Assembly (NCBI GenBank): GCA_015057365.1
Contig: SVEN01000001.1
Coordinates: forward strand, 13,382 to 77,381
DNA: 64,000 nt
From: Lachnospiraceae bacterium
Lineage (GTDB): Bacteria; Bacillota; Clostridia; Lachnospirales; Lachnospiraceae
Direction: 5' to 3'
The translations under genes were made by a program, and so were the position numbers. The notes beneath the pieces are model-generated. The model was not told the DNA's origin. It worked only from the letters and a program-made list of their open reading frames with translations, and ran no database searches. Shown piece after piece: positions 47,882-56,913 of the stretch. How positions within the stretch are numbered: position 1 is the stretch's first letter; every line of letters starts with the position of its first letter.

Positions 47882-48334
47882 TTAACTCCTCCTTACATAC
47901 TCTAAAAACGATTCCATCTCGCTCTCTCCGAACACCTTCACGCCGTTCTTCCGCAACAGTTCTGCGGTTACGCCTTCTCCCGGCACCACTATCCCGGTAA
48001 AGCTGCCGTCGTAGACCTCTTTGTTTCCGCAGGACGGGGAACGCTCCTTTAAAATCGCCGCCTCACACCCGTACAGCTTTGCCAGCCGTAACGCTTCCAG
48101 CGCCCCCCGGTTAAAAGCTTCTGTACGGTCTTCTCCCTCCGAAGAAACCACACCGTCTCCTTTGCGCTCCGACGGTGTACGCGGGGTGGGCAAGCCTCCC
48201 AACTGCTCCGGGCACACCGGAATCAAGGCAATATCCTTCCGAGAAAGTAACCCCTTTACCGCCGCATCCTCCTTCGGTATTCCGTTATAACGGCAATTCA
48301 CGCCAAGCAGGCATGCACTGACCAAGATTCGCAT
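47882..48334 (-). CDS. DUF523-family protein (thiouracil-desulfidase-like)
   Basis: 150 aa. MRILVSACLLGVNCRYNG plus downstream conserved Cys residues are typical of DUF523. Confidence 0.8.
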   Translation of the reverse strand: MRILVSACLLGVNCRYNGIPKEDAAVKGLLSRKDIALIPVCPEQLGGLPTPRTPSERKGDGVVSSEGEDRTEAFNRGALEALRLAKLYGCEAAILKERSPSCGNKEVYDGSFTGIVVPGEGVTAELLRKNGVKVFGESEMESFLEYVRRS

Positions 48335-48339
48335 AGCAA

Positions 48340-49041
48340 CTACTCCTCTCCGATTACCGGCTTCCTTGCCCGCAGTCCGCCCCGTTCCTCAATGATGGTA
48401 CGAAGATAGCGGTATCCTACCGAAAGCACTCCCACTATAATTCCAACTATTGCCTTCCAGAAAAACCGTTCAAACGCTTCCTCCTTGGTCATCTCGGCTA
48501 ATCTACTAAAGTATCCGCCTACAAAGCCGCCGCAAAAACCGCTCCAGCCCGGAATTGCAATCAAAAATGCTCCGGACGGCACAACAAACAATACAAAAAA
48601 GCTCATAAATACCAATGCGGTAAACACCGTAACCTCCAGATAAAAGCTCCATACGGAATAGGCCTCTCCCGCAATAAGCGCCGCCGGTATCTGCAGCACC
48701 GCAATCAGAAGAATCATTATGACATACTCTGTCAGGTAAAAAAAGAGCTTATTTTTCACATAGGTCCGCTTGCTTTCTCCTAAGGTCAAAACCATCTGTT
48801 CCGTAGTAATAATTACTTTCTTTCTGTTTATCCAGTGACTGGCCGGACTTAGAAAAAATGCCAGATTAAAAAACAAATACGCCACATAACCTATGATTGT
48901 AACGTAAGCGCAATACAGACTGCCCCCCACTCCGGATAACAGGAGTAACAGGGCAAAAACAAATAACAGACATCCTCCGCCGATCAGATTCCCCTTCTGC
49001 TTTTTAAACAACTCAAACTCTGCTTTTATGTACCGGTTCAT
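48340..49041 (-). CDS. multi-TM membrane protein (partner of ABC ATPase, YtrA-like locus 2)
   Basis: Start at ATG 49041, which overlaps the ATPase TGA stop (ATGA). GGAGGGGGAG RBS. Confidence 0.6.
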   Translation of the reverse strand: MNRYIKAEFELFKKQKGNLIGGGCLLFVFALLLLLSGVGGSLYCAYVTIIGYVAYLFFNLAFFLSPASHWINRKKVIITTEQMVLTLGESKRTYVKNKLFFYLTEYVIMILLIAVLQIPAALIAGEAYSVWSFYLEVTVFTALVFMSFFVLFVVPSGAFLIAIPGWSGFCGGFVGGYFSRLAEMTKEEAFERFFWKAIVGIIVGVLSVGYRYLRTIIEERGGLRARKPVIGEE

Positions 49042-49850
49042 TTCTTCTCCCCCTCCCTGCAAAGCTTTACCATCAGCTGTTTTAAAGTCAAACGCTCTCC
49101 GTTCTCACCCACAAGGCGCTCCAAAAGATCTTCCTTAGATTCATAGAACAACAGCCGTCCCTTTTCCATCATGGCAACATAATCCGCCACTTTATCCAAA
49201 TCCTCCGTTATATGCGTAGAGAAAATAATTCCCATCCGCTCATCCATAAGTTCCGACTGCAGTACATGCAAAAACTCCTGACGTACCAGTGGGTCAAGGC
49301 CTCCCGTCGGTTCGTCAAGAAGCAACAGCTCCGGTTTATGGGCCAGTGCAAAAGCCAGCTGAGCCCTGGTTGTTTCTCCCTTTGATAACTCCCCTGCCAT
49401 CTTCTCTGCGCCCAGTTCAAAACGATTAAGAAGCTCCAAATACCGTTCCATCGAAAACTCCGGATAAAACATCCCCAACACTCTGCCGTTTTCCCGCAGC
49501 GTATCCTTTGATAAAAAATGGAAGTCTTCCCCCACATAACCGATTAACTTCTTTGCCTCCGTGGTATGAGTGGCCACATCATATCCGGCAATCTCCATTG
49601 TTCCGCGCTTTCTCGGCAAGCTCTGTAAAATCAATCGAAGTAACGTGGACTTTCCGGCACCGTTTCTGCCGATGAGCCCCAACATATAGCCCCGTTCCAA
49701 AGTAAAGGAAATATCCTTTACGGCAAACTTTCCGCTTCCGAAGCGGAAAAAAGACTTCTCCAGTCCCTGTACCTTTAGCGCCGGCTTAGCCAGTCGTTCC
49801 GCTTCTTTTTCTTCCAAACTCTTTTCTATGATTTGTGTCTGCTGCTGCAA
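49038..49850 (-). CDS. ABC transporter ATP-binding protein
   Basis: 270 aa with Walker A GRNGAGKST, signature LSKGETTR and Walker B LLLLDEPTGGLD. Confidence 0.88.
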   Translation of the reverse strand: MQQQTQIIEKSLEEKEAERLAKPALKVQGLEKSFFRFGSGKFAVKDISFTLERGYMLGLIGRNGAGKSTLLRLILQSLPRKRGTMEIAGYDVATHTTEAKKLIGYVGEDFHFLSKDTLRENGRVLGMFYPEFSMERYLELLNRFELGAEKMAGELSKGETTRAQLAFALAHKPELLLLDEPTGGLDPLVRQEFLHVLQSELMDERMGIIFSTHITEDLDKVADYVAMMEKGRLLFYESKEDLLERLVGENGERLTLKQLMVKLCREGEKK

Positions 49851-49871
49851 AACAAAATCCTCCTGTCTGTA

Positions 49872-50246
49872 TTATTCCGAATCCAACAATACTTCCACCA
49901 TTTCCATAATATCATCCCGCTCCATACCGGCCTCACGACACTCCTTAATACAGTCCAGCATATGCCGTTCCGCCATAGCCAGCTTTTTCTCCCGGAGCAG
50001 GTCCGTGTTCTGCTCGCACACATAAAACCCTTTGCCGGAAACGGAATAAATAAGACCTTCCTTTTCCAGTTCCTCATAAGCACGCTTTGTGGTAATGACG
50101 CTGATTTGCAAATCCTTGGCTAATGCCCGTATGGACGGAAGCATGTCTCCCGGCTTCACTTCCCCCGCCACAATGGCCGTCTTTACCTGTCCGATAATTT
50201 GCTCATAAATCGGCAGTGTCGATTGTCCCGAAACTACGAATTGCAT
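49872..50246 (-). CDS. GntR-family (YtrA-subfamily) regulator, paralog of 31048-31416
   Basis: 124 aa with LPSIRALAKDLQISVITTKRAYEEL. Clearly alignable with the locus-1 regulator over its full length. Confidence 0.88.
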   Translation of the reverse strand: MQFVVSGQSTLPIYEQIIGQVKTAIVAGEVKPGDMLPSIRALAKDLQISVITTKRAYEELEKEGLIYSVSGKGFYVCEQNTDLLREKKLAMAERHMLDCIKECREAGMERDDIMEMVEVLLDSE

Positions 50247-51073
50247 GCGCCTTCCTCCTTTCCGGCACTTCCCTTCTGATTAATTTCCTCCGAAATCCGA
50301 TTCCAATATAAAAACAACCCGATGATTGCACTCACATACGCTAGTCCGGCAATTACATACGGCAGCCACGGCCACCGTTCAAAAAAGCTCGCATACATAT
50401 AATTTCCAAAGCCGTGAACCGCAGGAATAATCGTACACAGAACCGCGGCAACCGTAAACCGCATCTGCTTCTTTGCTTTCGCCTTTTCCTCCGCAGACAT
50501 CGTTACTTTTCCTGCAACACTTGTATTACAATCTTCCCGAATTCCCTCCACCGGATCTTCTTTTTGATACCAACAGCTTCTCGTACTGAAAAACCAGCCG
50601 GAATTCGGATACGACCTCTTTACCGCAGCAGACATGTTGTCCACCACCACGCCACTGTAAAGCAGCATAAACGGAAAGGTACAAAGCATAAAATGTCGCG
50701 TCCACAAAAGGAAGGAATATCCCGAAATCAAACACGACACGAGTCCCATGAAAAGAAACCAAAACACCTGAAACACGTTATAACTTACAGAGTAAGTCCC
50801 CAAATATCTGAATCGTTCCTTCTTCGAAAACGGCAATAAATACAACAGCTTTCCCATACGTGGCGGAAACAAAACCACCATCCAAAGAGCCCCCATTCCT
50901 TGGGCTCTTAAACTTTGCGTTTCCTTGGTTGCCGCAACGGTATCCAAAAACATATATCCGAAAATCAACAACAAAACAAGCCCACGCCAGCCGACCAGTT
51001 CCGTTTTCATCCGATAGAAACCTTCCCGCAACAGGTACAGCACATAACTACCGGCTGTTCTTCCTTTCTCCAT
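50234..51073 (-). CDS. multi-TM membrane protein, unknown family
   Basis: 279-aa hydrophobic ORF. Its start lies 1 nt after the upstream ATPase stop. Confidence 0.6.
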   Translation of the reverse strand: MEKGRTAGSYVLYLLREGFYRMKTELVGWRGLVLLLIFGYMFLDTVAATKETQSLRAQGMGALWMVVLFPPRMGKLLYLLPFSKKERFRYLGTYSVSYNVFQVFWFLFMGLVSCLISGYSFLLWTRHFMLCTFPFMLLYSGVVVDNMSAAVKRSYPNSGWFFSTRSCWYQKEDPVEGIREDCNTSVAGKVTMSAEEKAKAKKQMRFTVAAVLCTIIPAVHGFGNYMYASFFERWPWLPYVIAGLAYVSAIIGLFLYWNRISEEINQKGSAGKEEGACNS

Positions 51074-51074
51074 G

Positions 51075-51941
51075 TTACACCATCCCTTTCTTTACCACAC
51101 CCTGCTTTATGTAATACATCAAATCCTCTATGGTTGGGCGCACACACTCCAAGTCCAAACGTACCGGATCACCGTCGTTTAATATAATCCCTTCCGCCGT
51201 ATACTCCGACAACCGCTCCCCTAAAATCCGGCTCTTCATATACGGGAACAACTCATATCTGCCCCGCACCAACAAAAACCTGTCCAAAACATTCTCCGTG
51301 CTGTCGCAAAATATCTGCTCCCCCTGATGCAGCATCATGGTATAATCCGCCTTTGCCTCCAGCTCCGAAACCAATTGAGAAGAAAGCAAAATACCGCAAT
51401 CCTCTCCCTCTAATATCTCGCTTAACACCTCCATGAATTCATCCCGGAACACCGGATCTAAGGAAGCTGCCGGTTCATCCATAATCAGAAACGTCGCCCC
51501 GTGGGATAATGCAAACGCCAGCTGGAACTTCATCTTCATACCTTTGGAAAGCTTGCGGATGGTACGTTTTTTCGGGATTTCAAACCGTTCCAAATAGTCC
51601 AAATACCTCTCCATATCCCAGTTCCGGTAATAAGGCCCGTACATTTGTCCGGTCAACAAAGGAGACATTCCCTCGTCAAAAGGAGAATCGTCAAACACAA
51701 AACCCATGCATTCCTTTGCTTCTTTCTCATTCTCGCGGAGGGAATATCCACCGATAGATACCTCTGCTCCTTCCGGAAGCGGCAACAGCCCCGAAATCGC
51801 AGACAGAAGCGTCGTCTTACCGGCTCCGTTCACACCTAAAAGCGCCGTCAGGTACCCTGCCTCTACCGAAAACTCAATCTCCTTTAACGCAAACCCATCC
51901 CGCTGTAACCGCGGAATCTTTACCTCCAAAACTGTACTCAT
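51075..51941 (-). CDS. ABC transporter ATP-binding protein (YtrB-like)
   Basis: Start at ATG 51941 (AAGGAGA RBS). Walker A GVNGAGKTT, signature LSKGMKMK and Walker B FLIMDEPAASLD. Confidence 0.85.
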   Translation of the reverse strand: MSTVLEVKIPRLQRDGFALKEIEFSVEAGYLTALLGVNGAGKTTLLSAISGLLPLPEGAEVSIGGYSLRENEKEAKECMGFVFDDSPFDEGMSPLLTGQMYGPYYRNWDMERYLDYLERFEIPKKRTIRKLSKGMKMKFQLAFALSHGATFLIMDEPAASLDPVFRDEFMEVLSEILEGEDCGILLSSQLVSELEAKADYTMMLHQGEQIFCDSTENVLDRFLLVRGRYELFPYMKSRILGERLSEYTAEGIILNDGDPVRLDLECVRPTIEDLMYYIKQGVVKKGMV

Positions 51942-52030
51942 ATGATCTCCTTCTTCCCTCCCAAAACAACCGTTATATTCATCATAAAATGCCCTTAACA
52001 TTTCGAAACAATCTACGCGCCTCTACATAG

Positions 52031-52080
52031 CTGTGTATATCTATATATACAGTATATACACAGTGTATCTGTTTTGTCAA
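52031..52080 (-). promoter_or_regulatory. promoter plus inverted-repeat operator of YtrA-like locus 2
   Basis: Minus strand: TTGACA (52080-52075), a 16-nt spacer, then TATATA. Inverted repeat CTGTGTATAT...ATATACACAG spans 52031-52063. The GTATATACTGT core is shared with the locus-1 operator. Confidence 0.65.
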
Positions 52081-52118
52081 GTAGCAATCCATATCTTTTT
52101 ATTTTTTCAGTAAAAAAA

Positions 52119-52139
52119 GGCTGCCGCTAAGCGACAGCC
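52119..52139 (-). terminator. intrinsic terminator after plsY
   Basis: GGCTGCCGC-TAA-GCGACAGCC hairpin followed by a T7 run on the minus strand. Confidence 0.75.
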
Positions 52140-52152
52140 CTTTGCATCCTGT

Positions 52153-52797
52153 TTACTTTCCTTCCACAGCTCCGTTTTCTTTGATTCGTTCGATTTCCTT
52201 CTCTTTGTTCCAAAGATAACTGAAATGCACCTCCGTACCATTCTTGATACGCTGTAGGTTATCCATATGCTTAAAGAACATCACCACTGCTGCAATCATG
52301 AATATCCCTGCCGCAAGAATGTCCCGATTCATTGCTCCGTAAATAAGTGCATATGCCACCGACGCAGACATCGGTACCACACAAATATAGTTTACGATTA
52401 ATACAACCACAAGTTCAATAGATAACATAATCAAAAACAGGCGCACATCCGTCATGAGAATCACACCGCCGAGACATGCCAATCCTTTACCGCCGCGGAA
52501 TTTCATGTAAAACGGAAAAATATGTCCCAAAATACAAGACGTACCGGTAATCGGAAACGCATAGGAAAAATGCGGAAACAACTTTCCGGTAATCCATACC
52601 GCCAGGCATGCCTTTGCAATATCCAGAATCGCACAAAAACCGCCAATTGCCTTACCCTTTAAAATAATAACATTAGACGCGCCCGCATTACCGGAGCCCT
52701 TCTTACGGATATCGTATCCGTTCATCAGACCGATCAGATAAGACGGACTAAACGCACCAATCAAATAACCGATTAAAATACATGCTAAAATTTCCAT
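52153..52797 (-). CDS. plsY: glycerol-3-phosphate acyltransferase PlsY
   Basis: 214 aa with GSGNAGASN and FRGGKG motifs and a polytopic profile. Confidence 0.9.
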   Translation of the reverse strand: MEILACILIGYLIGAFSPSYLIGLMNGYDIRKKGSGNAGASNVIILKGKAIGGFCAILDIAKACLAVWITGKLFPHFSYAFPITGTSCILGHIFPFYMKFRGGKGLACLGGVILMTDVRLFLIMLSIELVVVLIVNYICVVPMSASVAYALIYGAMNRDILAAGIFMIAAVVMFFKHMDNLQRIKNGTEVHFSYLWNKEKEIERIKENGAVEGK

Positions 52798-52911
52798 TTG
52801 TTCCTCCCCTTCGGATTGCCGCCTAACGCCTGCAATCTGAACTCCTTTGTAATTCGTTCTCTCTCCACGTAATATACTATCACATTTACCCGCCTTCTGG
52901 CAAGCACCACA

Positions 52912-53253
52912 TTATAACAATTTTATAAACTCTTGTAATTTTGCGAAACCGCCCTGCGGATATTTGGAAATATCTTCCTCATTCTTATTCAACAGACAAT
53001 CCGTCAGTAGGAAAACCTTCATTCCGGTCTTGACCGCCACCATATCCTCCGCCACGTCATTTCCTACCATAAGGCACTCCTCCGGAGCTACATCAAGACG
53101 CTTTGCGATTTCCGTATAATAGGCAGGGTTCGGCTTACTGACACCGATATTCTCATAGGTAGTGCAGAGTTCGAAGTCCTCTTTCTTAAGTCCGGCCCAA
53201 TCCATCGGCAACAGCGTACCGTCAAGATCAAATAATACTGCTTTCATACTCAT
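52912..53253 (-). CDS. cap-less HAD-like mini-protein
   Basis: Start at ATG 53253. Motif I (VLFDLDGTLLP) is followed after about 25 aa by SKPNP (motif III Lys) and VGNDVAEDM (motif IV). There is no cap domain or motif II. Confidence 0.55.
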   Translation of the reverse strand: MSMKAVLFDLDGTLLPMDWAGLKKEDFELCTTYENIGVSKPNPAYYTEIAKRLDVAPEECLMVGNDVAEDMVAVKTGMKVFLLTDCLLNKNEEDISKYPQGGFAKLQEFIKLL

Positions 53254-53400
53254 TTTTTCCGCCCTCTCAAAGTCTAGCGACTTATTCAATCAAACAAAAC
53301 TATAATAAACACCACGATGGGTATTATACATTTCTTTCCGCATATCGTCAATGGTTCCCCGAACAAAATCTCCGCCACAAAATTTCCTATTACAAAAAAC

Positions 53401-53424
53401 GTCCCGGCCGAAATCGGCCGGGAC
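53401..53424 (-). terminator. intrinsic terminator
   Basis: Perfect 10-bp GC-rich stem GTCCCGGCCG-AAAT-CGGCCGGGAC followed by a T6 run on the minus strand. Confidence 0.88.
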
Positions 53425-53447
53425 TCCATTCTTTTCTTCATATATTA

Positions 53448-54317
53448 CTACAAGGTCATATCAAAATGCGGTCTTTCCTTCTTCTCCTCCGCCTTGTCTT
53501 CTGCTTTATCATTCGCACGTTGTGCCAAAAGCTCCTTCAACTTTGCGGTCAATTCTTCTATGGTACTTGCGGTCACCTTATTCGGATTTACCGGCTTCTC
53601 CGTCTCATCCTTCTTGCCGGTCATTTTCTCTGCCCGTTCTTCCCGTTCGGCCTTCATCTTCTGAGCCTTTTCCGCACGTTCCTTTTTCTCTGCACGAAGC
53701 TCCTTCTGCTGATTGCGAAGATCTTCCTGCATCTTTACGGTCTGCTTCGTTAACTCCGCAAAATAGGTTACCACACCGTCCTTGTCTACGGTAATGCCCA
53801 TACGCTTAACCTGGTCCGCATCCTCGCCCAGTTCTTCCTTCACCTGGTCAAACTTCTCATCTGCGGTATCGATAATACCTACGTACTTTTCCTTTACCGC
53901 TTCGTCCGCTGCCATCTCCTCCAAGGTCTTCGGATCGATGACACAGCTATATTTCTTGGTAGACTGATTGTGATAATACTGTGCTTCCTCGTCGGTAGAA
54001 AACTCTGCCACAAAGAAATCGATGTCGCCGTACTTTTCCTTTAACTCCGCCAGAAGATTCTTCGCAGCCTCACTAAGCTCTACTTCATCCTCTACCTTTT
54101 TCTTTTCTTCCATGTGGATACCGCCGGCATTCTTCTGATATGCCTTCAGTTCATCCTTGTCCATCTTCTTTGCCTTATCGGACATCTCATACATTGCCGC
54201 ATCCTCATGCCCCGGATGCTTTGCTTTGCCTATGGCACGACGCTCCTCGCGGTTACCACCCTTTAAAATCTCATCAACGTTTTTCGGGAAACCTCCGAAT
54301 CTGTGAATTCCGTTCAT
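53448..54317 (-). CDS. hypothetical highly charged protein with K/E-rich coiled-coil C-terminus
   Basis: 289-aa ORF with no motif I can assign. Confidence 0.55.
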   Translation of the reverse strand: MNGIHRFGGFPKNVDEILKGGNREERRAIGKAKHPGHEDAAMYEMSDKAKKMDKDELKAYQKNAGGIHMEEKKKVEDEVELSEAAKNLLAELKEKYGDIDFFVAEFSTDEEAQYYHNQSTKKYSCVIDPKTLEEMAADEAVKEKYVGIIDTADEKFDQVKEELGEDADQVKRMGITVDKDGVVTYFAELTKQTVKMQEDLRNQQKELRAEKKERAEKAQKMKAEREERAEKMTGKKDETEKPVNPNKVTASTIEELTAKLKELLAQRANDKAEDKAEEKKERPHFDMTL

Positions 54318-54421
54318 AAAAAGACCTCCTTATCTTCTTAACCAAATCCGTTTGTTTTGTGGGATGTCATACAGTTCCAATCATGACATAACTATCCTTA
54401 TTTACTGTATCGACATAAAAA

Positions 54422-54445
54422 AGCGGAACCTTTAGAGGCTCCGCT
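54422..54445 (-). terminator. intrinsic terminator after ybaK
   Basis: AGCGGAACC-TTTAGA-GGCTCCGCT hairpin (one internal mismatch) followed by a T6 run on the minus strand. Confidence 0.7.
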
Positions 54446-54465
54446 AAAATTTTAGTACTTCTTTC

Positions 54466-54951
54466 CTACTTTACAATAACATCCGCTACTTTCGCCTTAC
54501 TGGCCTTTACATAATCCGCAACGGACAACTTTAACTGTAACCCCGGCTTTCCTCCGCTGACATGTAAGTGCGGCAATCCTTCTACGGATGCATCAATCAC
54601 CGTTGGGAATACCTTCTTCATCCCGATAGCGGTACATCCTCCCCGGATATAACCGGTGACCGGCGTCAATTCCTTTAACGGCAAAAGTTCCAGCGCCTTT
54701 TCGTTTACCGCTCTGGCCGCTGCCTTAAGGTCCAGTTCCGCTTCAATCGGGATAACAAACACATAGTAGGCCTTACTTTTTGCCACAGTCACCAAAGTCT
54801 TATACACCAGCTCATGATCCAGTCCCAAGGTATCCGCCGTGGTCACACCGTCCACAAACTCATCGCACTCATAGGACTGCATCTCATAAGAAATCTTAAG
54901 CGAATCCAGAATTCGCATTGCATTTGTTTTTACAGTTTTTTCCTTTGCCAT
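54466..54951 (-). CDS. ybaK: Cys-tRNA(Pro)/Cys-tRNA(Cys) deacylase YbaK
   Basis: 161 aa. The TNAMRILD N-terminus and GGCTAIGMKK motif are characteristic of YbaK. Confidence 0.88.
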   Translation of the reverse strand: MAKEKTVKTNAMRILDSLKISYEMQSYECDEFVDGVTTADTLGLDHELVYKTLVTVAKSKAYYVFVIPIEAELDLKAAARAVNEKALELLPLKELTPVTGYIRGGCTAIGMKKVFPTVIDASVEGLPHLHVSGGKPGLQLKLSVADYVKASKAKVADVIVK

Positions 54952-54952
54952 A

Positions 54953-55123
54953 CTATATTACCTCGTACTCAAACATCTCGTATTTCAACTTTGTTCCCAC
55001 ATCGATTCCGTCCGGAAGTAACGCGCGGGCTACCAGTTTCATATCTTCCGATGCAATATCGATACGTTTTAAATTCGCATAGTCACCATCAATACTGTCC
55101 ACAATATAATAAATAGTTTCCAT
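54953..55123 (-). CDS. small 56-aa protein (DUF3006-like), absent from the ORF track
   Basis: Own translation: METIYYIVDSIDGDYANLKRIDIASEDMKLVARALLPDGIDVGTKLKYEMFEYEVI. GGAGGAG RBS 7 nt upstream; its stop lies 1 nt before the ybaK ATG. Confidence 0.6.
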   Translation of the reverse strand: METIYYIVDSIDGDYANLKRIDIASEDMKLVARALLPDGIDVGTKLKYEMFEYEVI

Positions 55124-55137
55124 TTTCATTCTCCTCC

Positions 55138-55737
55138 CTACTTCTTAAAAGATGCCATCCGCTCCGGAAAGGTCTTCTCCACATAGGCATGCTCTTTCAT
55201 CCCGACACACTTCTCTCCCTCAAAATCCAGCTCGATAATATACGGCATCCAGTCCACAATCCGTAGAAAATCGTCGCAGTTAAACTTTGGGTTGTAATAG
55301 TTTAAAATCGAGCTCAGGGCGGTCCCGTGAGTACCGATAACAATACTCTTTCCCTCGTTTTCCGCTAAAATATCCCTTAGCGCCGCCATATTCCGCTCCT
55401 GCACCATGCCGATGGATTCTCCTCCTTCTTCATGGAAGGAAAAATCCGCCCAGCGCATTTTCAGTACATTTCCGGAAGAATTGCCCTCGTTGCCCTTCTC
55501 CCGTTCCCGAAGACGTTCATCCGTAAGAATTTCCTTTTCAAAAAAGGCCGCTGCCTCCTCAATGGTTGCCATGCTCCGGACATAGGGACTACAATAAAAC
55601 ACATCGATTTCTTTGTCCTTTAATGTAGCCAGTACAACTTTTCTATCTACAAGGCCCTCCGCCGTAAGCGGTCTGGTACGGTCATCCACATGGGCATGCA
55701 CCGGCTCCGCATGACGGACAAAATATACTTTGGTCAT
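55138..55737 (-). CDS. histidine phosphatase (phosphoglycerate-mutase-like) family protein
   Basis: 199 aa with the VYFVRHAEP (RHG-type) catalytic motif and a downstream GTHG. Confidence 0.85.
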   Translation of the reverse strand: MTKVYFVRHAEPVHAHVDDRTRPLTAEGLVDRKVVLATLKDKEIDVFYCSPYVRSMATIEEAAAFFEKEILTDERLREREKGNEGNSSGNVLKMRWADFSFHEEGGESIGMVQERNMAALRDILAENEGKSIVIGTHGTALSSILNYYNPKFNCDDFLRIVDWMPYIIELDFEGEKCVGMKEHAYVEKTFPERMASFKK

Positions 55738-55792
55738 GATACTCCCCCCGCTCCATTTTTTCTATAATTCACATTCAATTATATCTTTTATC

Positions 55793-55821
55793 ATTCTAAC
55801 ACTGCACATTTCCAATGTCAA
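55793..55821 (-). promoter_or_regulatory. sigma-A-type promoter of the histidine phosphatase unit
   Basis: Minus strand: TTGACA (55821-55816), a 17-nt spacer, then TAGAAT (55798-55793). Confidence 0.65.
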
Positions 55822-55826
55822 CAAAA

Positions 55827-55848
55827 GGAGAGCACTTCTCTGCTCTCC
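55827..55848 (-). terminator. intrinsic terminator closing the Fic-to-P-loop gene string
   Basis: GGAGAGCA-CTTCTC-TGCTCTCC hairpin followed by TTTTGTT on the minus strand. Confidence 0.75.
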
Positions 55849-55858
55849 TTCTATCCTC

Positions 55859-56452
55859 TTATCTGCTATTTCCTTTCACCCATGCAATCACATACTCCGC
55901 CACTTCTTCCACACTCCTTCCGCTGATGTCCAAAGTCGCAAACAGCGTGTCCCCGTGCCGGTCATGCGTCCTAAAATACTCATTATAGTCTACCGAGCCC
56001 TGAATCCAGTTCTCGTCGGTAATGCCTCTGCCTTCCTTCATGCGCTTTCTGAGAAGTTCCTCCTCACAGGTAAGAGCAAGAACTTTGATATCCGGAAAGA
56101 ACCGTCTGCAATACTGATGATGCAGCTTATCCAAATTTCCTGCCATGGTCCAGAGCACCGGGCGCCCGCTCTGCATGATATTCATAGAAAGCTGTTCAAT
56201 TAAATTTAACCGTTTTTCATAATCTTCATTGGTTTCCGATTTCATATAACCACAGAAAATATCTGCATCCAGTACCACAAAATCAACCTTTTTCTGCTGA
56301 ATCATCTGTGCCGTGGTGGTCTTACCCACACCGCTGCAGCCGGTAAGAATAAAAAGCGGCTGGGAAATCTTCTCCCATGTATGCCCGCACTTCGGACACT
56401 TTACCACATTTCCGTCTACCTCCTTATCCCACCCATAATTTCCGCATTTCAT
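55859..56452 (-). CDS. zinc-ribbon-fused P-loop NTPase/kinase-like protein
   Basis: Start at ATG 56452, overlapping the upstream TGA (ATGA). Contains CMKCG-x13-CPKCG followed by Walker A GCSGVGKTT and LDAD. Confidence 0.75.
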   Translation of the reverse strand: MKCGNYGWDKEVDGNVVKCPKCGHTWEKISQPLFILTGCSGVGKTTTAQMIQQKKVDFVVLDADIFCGYMKSETNEDYEKRLNLIEQLSMNIMQSGRPVLWTMAGNLDKLHHQYCRRFFPDIKVLALTCEEELLRKRMKEGRGITDENWIQGSVDYNEYFRTHDRHGDTLFATLDISGRSVEEVAEYVIAWVKGNSR

Positions 56453-56913
56453 ACATATTCCAAGCATTTGTTATCCTCCAAAATCTTCTCTACATTTTTT
56501 CTGTTTTCCTCTCCCGTGGTCCACACGGCTGCCCACACACGTTTCACACCGAGCTGACGATAAGTTTCCAACCGATGTCTTCCATCATCCACCTTGAACT
56601 TTCCGTATACATATTCCACGATAAGAGGCGGCGCATCCCAGTTATTCATAAGACTTTCTTTCATTCGGTCCACCACATGAAAGAAATACTGAATATCATT
56701 TTCCGCATGCAAATACTCCGGTGCACCGGACTTTACGTCAGAAAGCAGGGAAATCGGTATCTCACAAAGTCCGAAGTAGTGCCGTTCTTCCAACAAAAGC
56801 CCATCCGCAAGTGCAAGATTCTTTCCGTCTGCCCGTAGGAAATCCTGCATCCACTGATCTATTTTTCCTTCTTTGTCATATTGTTTTGCTAAAGTTAATG
56901 AGCCGTATGTCAT
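56449..56913 (-). CDS. ParB/sulfiredoxin-fold (ParB N-terminal-like) domain protein
   Basis: 154 aa with PPLIV...DDGRHRLE (DGRHR encoded at 56572-56586). The ATG overlaps the TrmH stop (ATGA). Confidence 0.7.
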   Translation of the reverse strand: MTYGSLTLAKQYDKEGKIDQWMQDFLRADGKNLALADGLLLEERHYFGLCEIPISLLSDVKSGAPEYLHAENDIQYFFHVVDRMKESLMNNWDAPPLIVEYVYGKFKVDDGRHRLETYRQLGVKRVWAAVWTTGEENRKNVEKILEDNKCLEYV

